Part shown: piece after piece, positions 53,701-62,712 of the stretch | Layout: each line of letters starts with the position of its first letter | Numbering within the stretch: position 1 is the stretch's first letter | From: Candidatus Thorarchaeota archaeon | Lineage (GTDB): Archaea; Asgardarchaeota; Thorarchaeia; Thorarchaeales; Thorarchaeaceae | Assembly: GCA_038893995.1 (NCBI GenBank) | Contig: JAWAQK010000002.1 | Location: forward strand, 20,529 to 84,528 | Length of the DNA: 64,000 nt | Direction: 5' to 3' | Position numbers and translations under genes: made by a program | Notes under the pieces: model-generated | What the model was told of the DNA's origin: nothing | The model's database searches: none | What the model saw: only the letters and a program-made list of their open reading frames with translations

Positions 53701-54378
53701 TTCCTACCCGCCGGAAGGGGTGGCTTCATGGATGCTCCTCTGGTCCTCTCGGTGATACTGAACCCACAGGAGGTCGATGATGAAAGTCATAACATGGATG
53801 TCTGCTTCCGATACCCATCTCGATTCTACGATGCAACTCGTCAGATGGTCAGCCCAAAGACCTTTGAACGTGTAGTGGACACTGTCAAGGCTCGTCTGGG
53901 GACAGAGGCTCAGTATGAGGGTTTCGGATTCACGCACGGGACGTCTTCAATTCATATGGGTCCTAGAGTGTCCCGGTACAAATTGTTGAACACCATGGCG
54001 GACAAGTTGAAGGCTCAGCTCGCCCTGGCCAAAACCATAGCAGCTGTTGATCCTCGCGATGTCGCTGAGAGGGTCTTGTCCCATCACTTCATTCGTGACA
54101 TTCGTGGCAATCTCAGGGCCTTTACCACACAGAGGTTTCACTGTTTCAGATGTCGAAGGATTTTTCGTAGAGTCCCGTTGTCCGGTCGCTGCACATGCGG
54201 TGCCCCCCTTTCACTGACAGTGCGGAAGAAAAACATCTCCAAGTATCTTGAGATTGCAGAAACCACGATTGCAGAGCATGGTCTGGGCCCCTACCTATTA
54301 GATCGTCTGCGTTTGATGAAGTCATCACTGGACTCGATGTTTCTCTCTGAGCAGACCAGTCTGACAGATTTCTACTGA
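50788..54378 (+). CDS. polC: DNA polymerase II (PolD) large subunit DP2
   Basis: 1196 aa with the conserved DP2 N-terminus (YFRTISDEIGRIYEIASRARAKGID), zinc motifs CPNCGNETFEPMCPVCR and CFRCRR...CTCG; no intein. Confidence 0.9.
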   Translation: MSGQDYSLPKHSPSYAEYFRTISDEIGRIYEIASRARAKGIDPSEKVEIPPAHDLAARVEATLDGPVGIARRIRELQRSMSREEVAFQLAREVVEGRFGEIGSDEVTNPALREEKAADKAVRVALSILTESITAAPLEGIAKVKIHGSNEDRYLALYLAGPIRAAGGTEAAVTVLVADYVRQVLGLPPLRPTEKEVERAVEEVELYARNVHLQYPVNSDLIRFAARHLPIMLTGEPTEEIEVSGTRDLERIETNRVRGGAVLVLNDGVVGRAAKLAKIVNRLNIPGWSWLDEIVARTSKTKSIETDDERQKLLAPKQDYLVDVIAGRPVFSHPSKIGGFRVRYGRSRNTGLAAVGLHPATMVVLSEFLASGTHIRTERPGKGSIVAPVDTIEGPIVLLVDGSVRQLNDVNEARACMGSIKKVLYLGDILIALGEFLENNHPLVPSAYCEEWWSHDLEQKTQALSRNQLASLLRDSGVSPEEYESFVHNPLTHYPTPQQAVLMSKLLDIPLHPRYVYRWNALSPVEFDEFRTWLLTSYGEIVEDGRRLIKAPDNSRFKAMLERIGAPHRYLQGSREIVLLDDPLTILEQLGNREHEPQGSTTLDAVNSVSNVRVGDRLGFHIGARMGRPEKAEARRMKPPVQVLFPVGRDSSTERNLERVARNQESLPPLDTYMSPMETGYGIPRNVETDSGRGVLVELVVRVCPNCGNETFEPMCPVCRVRTQVKRWCSQEGCGLYVDETRGLCPRSHNVNLIRSTKVRRVDIDAYLERVKQEISESDAFDVRGVLGLTSELKIPEYLGKGILRAKHGVYCYRDGTARFDATDAPLTHFTPKEVGASVGRLRSLGYSVDYQGNPLVSDDQILELKVQDIVVSEACVEYLFRVGQFVDDCLEKIYGLDRYYRFASLEDLIGHLVIGLAPHTSAGIVGRIIGFTDASVCYAHPYWHAAKRRNCDGDEDSVMLVMDALLNFSKSFLPAGRGGFMDAPLVLSVILNPQEVDDESHNMDVCFRYPSRFYDATRQMVSPKTFERVVDTVKARLGTEAQYEGFGFTHGTSSIHMGPRVSRYKLLNTMADKLKAQLALAKTIAAVDPRDVAERVLSHHFIRDIRGNLRAFTTQRFHCFRCRRIFRRVPLSGRCTCGAPLSLTVRKKNISKYLEIAETTIAEHGLGPYLLDRLRLMKSSLDSMFLSEQTSLTDFY

Positions 54379-55331
54379 GGTTTGTCCTCCCTGAAGAGTA
54401 TTGGGAGTAGGTCCATGTCCTCAATCATTCCGATCAGACTTCCGGCATATGAGAGAACAGGGGCCTGATCAATGTCACTCTTACGTAGCGTCCTGACACA
54501 CTCTGAAACGGATGTGACTTCCGTCACAGTGATGACATTTCTTGTCACAATCCTCTCAACCGGTACGTCGGGTAGTTTCAGCAGCTTGCTTGTGACTACA
54601 AGGAAGTCCTTCGAAGTCCATCCCCACTCGACTGAGGACTCTGTTTCGCTGTGGGTTACCATCACCTTGTCCTCGGTGGATTCCTCTGACATTTTGATGA
54701 AGTCGCTCACCGAGATTACCCCGGTGACACCCCCTCTCGAGTTGAGCACGACTAGGGCATTCTCGCCCGCCATCTCCATTATCATATAGGCCAGGGGCAG
54801 CGGGGTCTGATCCCAGACCGCTGACACCTTCCTTCTCACGAATCCACTTATGTTCTCTTCTTCGAGGCCTTTCGAATCCTTCAATGCGGCATCAAGTACA
54901 TCGAGTACTGAAACTAGTCCTACCAGGTCATGCTGGGCATCTACTACTGGCACCACGCGATTTCCGGTTTCAACCATCTTCTTGGCAACAGTTGCTAATT
55001 CGTCGTCCTCCGTGACCGTTGTCGGGTTCCTGTTCATCAGCATCGCAAGCTGGTCCTCATCCGCCTTTCTCAGCAGGTCGAACCTTGTGACCATACCCAC
55101 CAAGTTTCTCGTCCCTTTCTTGACTACTGGAATGCTGTCTAATTGTTTCTCCGCCATCAGGTGCAATACATCCTCTCTCGAACCTGGTACGGAAACGTAG
55201 ACCATGTCTGTCCGCATGCACTTGGATACCCTCATAGTCGAACACTCCGGTACTCGAGATGACCACTCATCACTGCTTCCGCCAAAGATGATATTGGCTC
55301 TCTCAGAACGTTGAACAAGCTGGAATTTCAA
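54372..55331 (-). CDS. CBS-domain protein (four CBS domains); start may be the downstream M at 55235
   Basis: Repeated CBS pair motifs (VVDAQHDLVGLVS, VLNSRGGVTGVISVSD, etc.). Confidence 0.7.
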   Translation of the reverse strand: MKFQLVQRSERANIIFGGSSDEWSSRVPECSTMRVSKCMRTDMVYVSVPGSREDVLHLMAEKQLDSIPVVKKGTRNLVGMVTRFDLLRKADEDQLAMLMNRNPTTVTEDDELATVAKKMVETGNRVVPVVDAQHDLVGLVSVLDVLDAALKDSKGLEEENISGFVRRKVSAVWDQTPLPLAYMIMEMAGENALVVLNSRGGVTGVISVSDFIKMSEESTEDKVMVTHSETESSVEWGWTSKDFLVVTSKLLKLPDVPVERIVTRNVITVTEVTSVSECVRTLRKSDIDQAPVLSYAGSLIGMIEDMDLLPILFREDKPQ

Positions 55332-55503
55332 GCGTACCTTTTTAAGATATCTTCAGCTGGGAAGAGGTCAAGCTATCAGTTCATCAAGCTCGATTTCTAG
55401 CTCACAGCAGTGTTGAGCTTCGTCATGGAATCAGGGCTCTGGCCACAAGCGATATAACGACCCCCTCATATGCAACACCCAGAATCAGCTCAGAGGGACA
55501 GAC

Positions 55504-56826
55504 TTGAAGAGCACCAGAGAGGTCTACGATCACATCTTCAGCCTTATCGAGCAGCACGAAAAGTGGATGACGAAGACAATCAACTTGATCGCGTCTGAGA
55601 ATGTTTCATCGCCAGCCGTAAGGTCTGCAATAGTATGTGATTTTCGTGACAGGTATGCTGAGGGCTGGCCTGGAGAGAGAGTCTACGCGGGCTGTGTCTA
55701 CATTGACCAAGTGGAAACAATGTGTATCGACCTTGCAAAGGAACTCTTCAGGGCAGAATTTGCGGATGTAAGACCGGTGTCCGGCGTGGTAGCCAATCTT
55801 GTGATGTACACTGCAATGATGCAGCCGCTGGACAGGATGATGGCACTGTCGATCGCTGATGGTGGACACATATCTCATGCAAGAGCGAACCTGGGCGGGA
55901 CTGCTGGAGCAGTCAGAGGACACAAGGTACGGAACTGGATCTTTGACGAGTCTGAGTTCAACATAGATGTCGATGCTAGTATCAAGGAGATTCGGAGGCT
56001 TGAGGCCGAGGGAGATCACATAAGCTTCCTCCTGTTTGGTGGAAGTGTGTTCCCATTTCCTCACCCGGTCAAGGAGTTCAGGGACGTCGCGGATGAGTTC
56101 AGTATGACCATAGGCTATGATTCCGCGCACGTTTCAGGTCTTATTGCAGCCGGCCGGTTTCAAGATCCATTAAGGGAGGGCGCCGACATCATGACTGCCT
56201 CGACCCATAAGACATTGCCTGGTCCCCAGCACGGCATTGTCTTGTCCAAGGCCAAGTATGCCGACGCAATCAAGACCGCTTCGTTTCCAGGGTTGTTGAG
56301 CAACCACCACCTCCATAACGTGGCGGGGTTGGCAATTGCGCTCACAGAGATGCTGGAGTTTGGAAAGGCCTATGCGGATCAAATCATAAGGAATGCAAAG
56401 GCTCTTGCTCAGTCGTTGCATAACAGAGGCTGGAATGTGGTTGCTGAGCACAAGGGCTTCACTCAGTCACATGTGGTCCTATGTGATGTTTCCGAGACTC
56501 CACTGAAGAACGGTCGTGCTGTTGAAGAACGGCTGGAACGAGCTGGCATCATCATCAATCGTAATCTGCTACCGTGGGACAAACGAATGGGCCGTGACTA
56601 CAAGACTCCCGGCGGAATTCGACTTGGGACCAGCGAAGTCACACGGCTTGGGATGAAGGAATCAGAGATGGACGAAATTGCCGATTTCATTCACAGGGTC
56701 GTCATGAAGGACGAGGATGTCTTGAAGATAAGCGATGAGGTCAGGGAGTTTCGTAGTGAGTATCAGCGTGTCCACTATGCATTCGAGAATGAAACGCCTG
56801 CATACGCACATCTCAGATTCAGGTAG
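55504..56826 (+). CDS. glyA: Serine hydroxymethyltransferase (archaeal type)
   Basis: 440 aa, INLIASENVSS, PLP lysine region TASTHKTLPGPQHG. Confidence 0.9.
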   Translation: MKSTREVYDHIFSLIEQHEKWMTKTINLIASENVSSPAVRSAIVCDFRDRYAEGWPGERVYAGCVYIDQVETMCIDLAKELFRAEFADVRPVSGVVANLVMYTAMMQPLDRMMALSIADGGHISHARANLGGTAGAVRGHKVRNWIFDESEFNIDVDASIKEIRRLEAEGDHISFLLFGGSVFPFPHPVKEFRDVADEFSMTIGYDSAHVSGLIAAGRFQDPLREGADIMTASTHKTLPGPQHGIVLSKAKYADAIKTASFPGLLSNHHLHNVAGLAIALTEMLEFGKAYADQIIRNAKALAQSLHNRGWNVVAEHKGFTQSHVVLCDVSETPLKNGRAVEERLERAGIIINRNLLPWDKRMGRDYKTPGGIRLGTSEVTRLGMKESEMDEIADFIHRVVMKDEDVLKISDEVREFRSEYQRVHYAFENETPAYAHLRFR

Positions 56827-56846
56827 TTACAGGGAGGTGGACACTC

Positions 56847-57131
56847 GTGGACATCTGTGAGGCCCAGTCTCATATGAAACAGATCTACGGCTTACGCGAT
56901 CGAGATGCCGGAGTAAATGTGGCTCTGCTTCGTACCTACCAGGAACTGGCAGAGCTTAGCGAGGCGGTGATGTCAAATCTATCAACCAGAGAGTTGGCTG
57001 GAGAGCTGGCCGACCTACTTGCGTGGGTATGCTCTCTGGCCAACCTCCTTGATATCGATCTGAATGGTGCATTCTTGGCAAAGTATGGTCGAGGTTGTTC
57101 GAGGTGCCATTCCTCGCCATGTATCTGCTAG
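56847..57131 (+). CDS. MazG-like nucleotide pyrophosphohydrolase domain protein with a C-terminal Cys cluster
   Basis: 94 aa, E..EL.EL.EA / ELADLLAW all-alpha NTP-PPase signature, ending CSRCHSSPCIC. Confidence 0.6.
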   Translation: MDICEAQSHMKQIYGLRDRDAGVNVALLRTYQELAELSEAVMSNLSTRELAGELADLLAWVCSLANLLDIDLNGAFLAKYGRGCSRCHSSPCIC

Positions 57132-57319
57132 CTTCGAGTCTGTTCACTGTTCAGATGTGTCAGGTACCTGGTAGACGACTCCTGATGTAAAGAACAGGTC
57201 GGGAATGTGATCTTGCACTGACCTCAGTATCCCCTCCCCTGCCCTGTTCGATCGTAGACACCCCCAGTCAAAAGAGATAAAAATGGTTCAGTTGAGCTCG
57301 TTGCTGGAGGCTCCAGACG

Positions 57320-57502
57320 GTGCCCAAGACAACAAAGAAGCGCAGTGGGAAGAAGGGATCCGGACCGATGCCATCCGGTGGGGCGGGTCTCATAAGATTC
57401 TTCGAAGACGAAACCCCTGGTGTCAAGGTCGGTCCCGTCGTGGTGGTCGTACTAGCCGCCATGCTCATTGTTGCTACGGTACTTGCGCATGTGCTGACTT
57501 GA
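57320..57502 (+). CDS. secG: Preprotein translocase subunit Sec61beta (SecG)
   Basis: 60 aa, GAGLIRFFEDETPGVKVGP followed by one transmembrane helix. Confidence 0.8.
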   Translation: MPKTTKKRSGKKGSGPMPSGGAGLIRFFEDETPGVKVGPVVVVVLAAMLIVATVLAHVLT

Positions 57503-57571
57503 ACGAACGTATCCGAGCCTAAGAATTATAAGGCCTTCCCAGTGCACCCCACCAGGGTCGGTGAAGCAGCA

Positions 57572-57850
57572 ATGAAAGTGAGTTCATCCGTGAATCGGTA
57601 CTGTCCCAGATGCAGGGGATACAGAGAACACTCAACATCGATCTACAAGAAGGGAAAGGACCGATCCTTGTCCGCTGGCGCCCGAAGAATGAGGCGACGT
57701 ACCAAGGGTTACGGATCGTTTCCAAAACCAATTCAAAAACGTTTTTCGAAGACCACCAAGAAAGTTTCATTGAAGTATAAGTGCAAGGAATGTGGTTATC
57801 AAAGTCAGAAGAAAGGCATGCGTCTCAAGAAGGTCGAGATTGAGCGATAG
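57572..57850 (+). CDS. rpl44e: 50S ribosomal protein L44e (eL42); ORF-track start at 57542
   Basis: NRYCPRC...H..IYKKGK...KGYGS...KTTKK...KCKECG. Confidence 0.85.
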   Translation: MKVSSSVNRYCPRCRGYREHSTSIYKKGKDRSLSAGARRMRRRTKGYGSFPKPIQKRFSKTTKKVSLKYKCKECGYQSQKKGMRLKKVEIER

Positions 57851-57971
57851 ACCCTTCACTGTTTTCTACTACTCATGTCGATAGAGTTATAATCACCAGA
57901 AGAAGTGTGGTCCTAGCTGCCCCAGAAGCAGCCTCCATTCCCGGAGTCATGTGGATTGAAACCAGAGGTGA

Positions 57972-58178
57972 TCAGATCTGAGTAAGGGTGATATTATTCC
58001 CCAGCCCACATCACGCTTCCTGCGAGTGAAATGTCTGGACTGTGATAACGAGCAGATCATATTCGGTTGCGCCTCTACGGAGGTCAAGTGTCTGAAGTGC
58101 GGAAAGCTTCTTGCACGACCCTCTGGAGGAAAGGCGCGTCTTGAGCCCACAGCCCGAGAATTGGAGATTCTGCAGTAG
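57972..58178 (+). CDS. rps27e: 30S ribosomal protein S27e, with the start codon unresolved (no ATG, GTG or TTG in the first 18 codons)
   Basis: Translation gives ...TSRFLRVKCLDCDNEQIIFGCASTEVKCLKCGKLLARPSGGKARLE, the C4 zinc ribbon of S27e. It is missed by the ORF track. The open frame follows an in-frame TGA at 57969; the first GTG is at 58026. Confidence 0.7.
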   Translation, partial: SDLSKGDIIPQPTSRFLRVKCLDCDNEQIIFGCASTEVKCLKCGKLLARPSGGKARLEPTARELEILQ

Positions 58179-58210
58179 ACTCCTTTCTGGCTTCACAAAC
58201 TGGAGATGAA

Positions 58211-59011
58211 ATGTGTATGGTCCTCAGGAGAGCTGAATGGCCCCAGGTCGATGACTTCGCAATTGCGGTCGCGACGAAAGTTACGTCCTACGGCGCATAT
58301 GTGACTCTACCCGAGTACAACAACAAGGAGGGTTTCATTCACATCTCTGAGATCAGCAGCACATGGGTACGCAATATTCGAAATCACATACACGAGAACC
58401 AGCGGGTCGTCGTCAAGATCTTGCAGGTCGATCCAGAGAAGGGACAGATTGACTGCTCGCTCCGAAGAGTATCGGCCGAGGCTGCCCGTGCCAAGAACAA
58501 CGAGTGGAAGCGAGCCCAGAAGGCAGAAAGAATCCTCGAACAGCTTGCAAGCGACTCGAATATGACCCTTCAGGAGACCTATCGGGCGGTGGGCTGGCCC
58601 CTCGAAGATCATTTTGGAGAGATCTACACAGCGCTCGAGAAGATAGCCGTAGAAGGGGAGGCTGCACTTGTGTCGGTTGACATACCCCGCGAGCTTCGCG
58701 CGCGTCTAATAGAACTTGCCAGGTCAAGGATTGAGACTCCCTCAGTGGAGTTGGATGGCGAGCTGAATATACAGGTCCCAGGGATTGATGGCGTTGAGGT
58801 GATCAAGAAAGCGCTATTAGCTGGTCTCAGTGTTGCGAAGAATAACAGGAGCTCCACAGTTGATATCTACACGTTAGGATCTCCTCGTTACAAGTTGAGG
58901 ATCACTGGTCCTGACTACAAAGAGGCAGAGTCAGTCCTGTCCGCGGTCGTTGAGGCTGTTTCTGGTATCGTTCGTGCGCAGGGTGGAGTTGTTTCGCTCA
59001 CCAGGAAGTAG
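58211..59011 (+). CDS. eif2a: Translation initiation factor aIF2 alpha subunit
   Basis: S1 domain (VATKVTSYGAYVTL...GFIHISEISSTWVRNI), then helical and alpha/beta domains; about 265 aa. Confidence 0.88.
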   Translation: MCMVLRRAEWPQVDDFAIAVATKVTSYGAYVTLPEYNNKEGFIHISEISSTWVRNIRNHIHENQRVVVKILQVDPEKGQIDCSLRRVSAEAARAKNNEWKRAQKAERILEQLASDSNMTLQETYRAVGWPLEDHFGEIYTALEKIAVEGEAALVSVDIPRELRARLIELARSRIETPSVELDGELNIQVPGIDGVEVIKKALLAGLSVAKNNRSSTVDIYTLGSPRYKLRITGPDYKEAESVLSAVVEAVSGIVRAQGGVVSLTRK

Positions 59012-59018
59012 ATCGCAT

Positions 59019-59207
59019 ATGCCATCGCTATTCAAGTGCGCCCAGTGTGGTTCATACACACTGCGGGACACATCTTGTCCAAAATGCAATGGCAAGGTAT
59101 TTGATCCAGAGCCTCCGAAGTTTAGCCTAGTTGACAAGTATGCGGAGTATAGACGAAGGGCAAGGAAGATGGGCCGAAGTGCCACAGGCATGAATCAGTC
59201 AACATGA
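59019..59207 (+). CDS. nop10: H/ACA ribonucleoprotein subunit Nop10; the ORF track begins at 58950
   Basis: MPSLFKCAQCGSYTLRDTSCPKCNG...PPKFSLVDKYAEYRRR; conserved L44e-S27e-aIF2alpha-Nop10 neighbourhood. Confidence 0.8.
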   Translation: MPSLFKCAQCGSYTLRDTSCPKCNGKVFDPEPPKFSLVDKYAEYRRRARKMGRSATGMNQST

Positions 59208-59391
59208 TGGACCTCGTCTGCAGCGGGCGGCAGTCGACGGTCGAATTCTGGACTGTGTGCCTTGTTTCAACAGTTTGCTTTCGCCGCCCGTGCAGTCTAT
59301 TTGATGTCCACTCCTCACCTCTTGGTCTCGGCATCGACCTGTCCTACGCATGTTCACCCTGTCACATCTAGTCTTTCGGATCTGTCCGTAC

Positions 59392-62130
59392 CTAATACAG
59401 ATCTACGGGTACCCAGAATGAGTACCAATTGGTCATCAGTGTTGGCAGACCTGATTGGGTGTTCCTCCAGTACAGGAACTGGATCTGATAGTTCATTCCC
59501 GGTTTCATGGATAGATCCTGGGAGTCACGAGAGTTGAGTGGTATTATGTACTCAACGACTTTGTTTCCAGCACCGGACTCCGATGGGTTAATACCCGTGC
59601 TGTCCTGCTTCCAGGCGCCTCCTTCGACTGAGTAACCGTCATAGTGTGCCTGACCGTTGTAATTGACTGCATGGATATCCACGAAATCGGTTCTTCCGAT
59701 CTGAGACAATTGGATACCGATTGCGTCATTGGCATAATCGTAGTTCTCCATCTCAATCCCGATGTACATATGGGTCTCATTTGCCCTCATGTAGATGTCA
59801 GCATAGTGCCCCGCGCCGAATACTACGCTTCGCTTGGCAAATGTGCGCTCGGTAGCCCCGATTTGTCCATCCGCCTTGGCAAAGTGGAGAGATCCCTTCT
59901 CCGTCTTCCATTCCGCGCTGGTGCGATTCTGATATTGGTAGAGCATTGTGTAATCTATCTCGTATATCTTGACCAATCCGTATCGGTAACTGACAAAGAC
60001 CGGCTTGAATGCACCGTGGAGAGTGGTCGGAATGTTATTGACCCACCTGGTATCAGTTTCCTTCTCTATGTAGTACCTGTCGTATGCCAGTCGGTCACTT
60101 GACAGGGTTGTGCCCTGAGTTGACCTTGGTTCTTCAAATAGCATCAGCTTATAGAGGGTCGAACGGAAGAATGCATCAAGTGTATACTCGTCCTCCTTTA
60201 CGTCTGCCGTATTCGGATTGTCACCGAGGTAGATTGCATCATCTATCTTACTTGATCCAAGTCTGTCCTCAGCTATGCGTACCATCCAGGGCCATTTTCC
60301 GTCATCTCCTCCCACTCCAGGGACACGATGTCCCCAGTACACAAGGACATGAGTGGCATTCCAGATCTTGAACGTCTTCAGTGACTCGGTGAGGTTCAGC
60401 GCCATCAAGGCGTATCCCATCAGTGCTATTTGTGTGGAATTATGCGTGGAGTTATCCACGATTGTACGGGCTCCGCCTGCGGTGCCAATCCAGTATCCGT
60501 AGTCCCACCAGGAAGCTATTGTTGCTGATGGTGGGAGCGTCCTGATGAACGTCATCGCAGTCTGCCAGTCTGTATGTGAAGAATCATATGCAAACTCAGG
60601 ACGATTGGACGCGCTTGTGGCAAAACTGACGCCTGTGAAGACAGTCATTGAAAGCATTAGACCAACCACAAGGTATGCGGCGAGTGCATGTTCTGAAGTC
60701 AGAGCCGAGCTCACCCTGAACCTTCGTCTCTCGAAAACTGATTTCTGGACGACTATTCTTGCAAAGGGTGCTAACACTCCATTGACCGCGACGGCACCCA
60801 ATACGGCTGCTCCCACAGACAGAATCAGTGCTAGCCTTATCATACTACCCGTAAAGTACACTGAGGAGATCCCGTAGAGCACTAGCAGGATGTCCTCGTC
60901 TCTTCGTCTCTTGAATAGGAAGTACATTCCCAGCGGCATGAACAGGACAAGTACTGAGAGGTTGCTGTAGAAGCTTGACCACGGACTTGGAAGGTGTTCT
61001 GCAACTGATGCAAATATGCGTTGTTCCATCCTGAAGAACGGGTTTACCACTGTGAGAAACTTTCCGCCGATGGTCAGGAATGGTGTGGACTCAAGTGTAG
61101 CTATCTGCAACCCGATGTTGCCTGTATAGACGAAGTATCCTACCACTCCAATCGCCGACGTGATGGCTCCGAACAATATCGGACGCAAGTATGAACCAAA
61201 CGCGTCCATTGCAGCTGCACGTTGCCCCGCCATCCTGATCCAGATTTCATACCCAACCAGGAGTACTCCAATCCCAACAGGTACCATGAATGACACCGAG
61301 CTGATATCGGAGAATCCGTTGCGAGGAACCAAGTTGCCTATGAACAGCCCAAGTGCAATAGTGATTGTGTAGGTGGACAACAATCTCTGGCTGTATCTTC
61401 CAAAGAGTATCATCAAGAACGCATACAGTGCAAATAGGCTCACTAGGAAGTCAGCTGCACCCCATGATGCATTGAGGTACGCAATGGCAAGGCCTGCTCC
61501 TACTGCGGACAGTGTCGAGTTTCGTTTAAGCGACCTAACAAACAGCCAAAGAGCCAGTACGATCGCAAAGACTCCTAAAGACTCGTTGTCAAAGAACCCG
61601 GCTATCGATCTCTGCATGTATGCAGGGAGAACCGCCATGAAAAGGGCTGTGAGCATGCCGACTGTGTTGTTAGACGTCTCCCGTCCGAGAAAGAATGAGA
61701 GCAGAACAGTAATTGCTCCCATGATTGCTGGGAATACCAGTGCCACATAGGTGATACTCACCTCTATTCCCAACGCGTTGGCCAGATAGTACACAAATGC
61801 TCCCGTGAACGGTACACCCAGGTACGCTCTCTCCGCGATCTGACGCCCAAATGGAACCCAGCTCGTGTCGTCATACCAGCTGAAGAAAGCCACATAGCCA
61901 TGTTGAGCTACATACTCAACTAACTTCAGCTGGAACCATGGGTCAAAGGCACGTGGAATTGGCTGGGACTGCATCAATGGATATAGCCGCATCATGAGTG
62001 CCAATATCAGAATCATTGGCATTGTCACTGCTACTATCACAGTTCCACGGGTGATCTTTGCCTTTGGTCTATGAAAGACAAGCGACAGAAACTTTGATGC
62101 GGACTTCTTGAGTCTGCTGAGTTGGGGCAT
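59392..62130 (-). CDS. aglB: Oligosaccharyltransferase AglB (STT3 family)
   Basis: 912 aa with about 13 N-terminal transmembrane helices and the WWDYGYWI motif. Confidence 0.88.
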   Translation of the reverse strand: MPQLSRLKKSASKFLSLVFHRPKAKITRGTVIVAVTMPMILILALMMRLYPLMQSQPIPRAFDPWFQLKLVEYVAQHGYVAFFSWYDDTSWVPFGRQIAERAYLGVPFTGAFVYYLANALGIEVSITYVALVFPAIMGAITVLLSFFLGRETSNNTVGMLTALFMAVLPAYMQRSIAGFFDNESLGVFAIVLALWLFVRSLKRNSTLSAVGAGLAIAYLNASWGAADFLVSLFALYAFLMILFGRYSQRLLSTYTITIALGLFIGNLVPRNGFSDISSVSFMVPVGIGVLLVGYEIWIRMAGQRAAAMDAFGSYLRPILFGAITSAIGVVGYFVYTGNIGLQIATLESTPFLTIGGKFLTVVNPFFRMEQRIFASVAEHLPSPWSSFYSNLSVLVLFMPLGMYFLFKRRRDEDILLVLYGISSVYFTGSMIRLALILSVGAAVLGAVAVNGVLAPFARIVVQKSVFERRRFRVSSALTSEHALAAYLVVGLMLSMTVFTGVSFATSASNRPEFAYDSSHTDWQTAMTFIRTLPPSATIASWWDYGYWIGTAGGARTIVDNSTHNSTQIALMGYALMALNLTESLKTFKIWNATHVLVYWGHRVPGVGGDDGKWPWMVRIAEDRLGSSKIDDAIYLGDNPNTADVKEDEYTLDAFFRSTLYKLMLFEEPRSTQGTTLSSDRLAYDRYYIEKETDTRWVNNIPTTLHGAFKPVFVSYRYGLVKIYEIDYTMLYQYQNRTSAEWKTEKGSLHFAKADGQIGATERTFAKRSVVFGAGHYADIYMRANETHMYIGIEMENYDYANDAIGIQLSQIGRTDFVDIHAVNYNGQAHYDGYSVEGGAWKQDSTGINPSESGAGNKVVEYIIPLNSRDSQDLSMKPGMNYQIQFLYWRNTQSGLPTLMTNWYSFWVPVDLY

Positions 62131-62259
62131 TCAGTACCGCTTCTCCCTTAGGTTGGGTTGTGCATCGTGCCCCCAGTAGCGCTAAAAAGATTACGTTCGG
62201 CCTAGGCATGTACAGCTTCGTCCCCCGATGGAGGGACAGGCAGTACGTCGCCTGCGACC

Positions 62260-62673
62260 CTAGAGCGACTTGATGTAATCGGCGTACTCCGTGTCGTTCA
62301 TGAGCTTCTTCAAATCTGGATCCAGCGACGAGGGTTTCATCTTGAACAACCATCCCGCACCATAAGGATCTTCGTTGACGATCTCGGGCGATTTCTCAAG
62401 GTTCTTGTTGACCTCTATCACTGTTCCAGAGATAGGTGAGAAGACATCTGAAGAGGCCTTCATGGATTCGACCAGGCCGCATGGGGCGCCTGCCTTCAGT
62501 TCTGTACCCACTTCACTTACCTCCACGAAAGTTATCTCGTGGAGCGCATTCTGTGCGTAGTCTGTAATTCCGACTATGACCACATCACCCTCGACCCGTG
62601 CCCATTCGTGGTCTTTCGTGTAGTATAGCCCGGGTACGACCCTTTTCCCATCAGTCATTGAATACACCACCAA
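62260..62673 (-). CDS. gcvH: Glycine cleavage system H protein
   Basis: Lipoyl-lysine motif ESMKASSDVFSPISG, and N-terminal HEWARVEGD. Confidence 0.85.
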   Translation of the reverse strand: MVVYSMTDGKRVVPGLYYTKDHEWARVEGDVVIVGITDYAQNALHEITFVEVSEVGTELKAGAPCGLVESMKASSDVFSPISGTVIEVNKNLEKSPEIVNEDPYGAGWLFKMKPSSLDPDLKKLMNDTEYADYIKSL

Positions 62674-62712
62674 CTTCCCGCATTGTTCGTGCTTAAATGA
62701 ATTCCTTCTCGA

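Noticed and set aside
57969-57971. Genome-wide TGA recoding as the explanation for the S27e in-frame TGA
   Set aside because: Many well-conserved genes in the window (cdc6, L18e, rpoN, AcnX large and others) terminate at TGA exactly where homolog lengths predict. TGA is therefore a normal stop here; a local explanation is needed.
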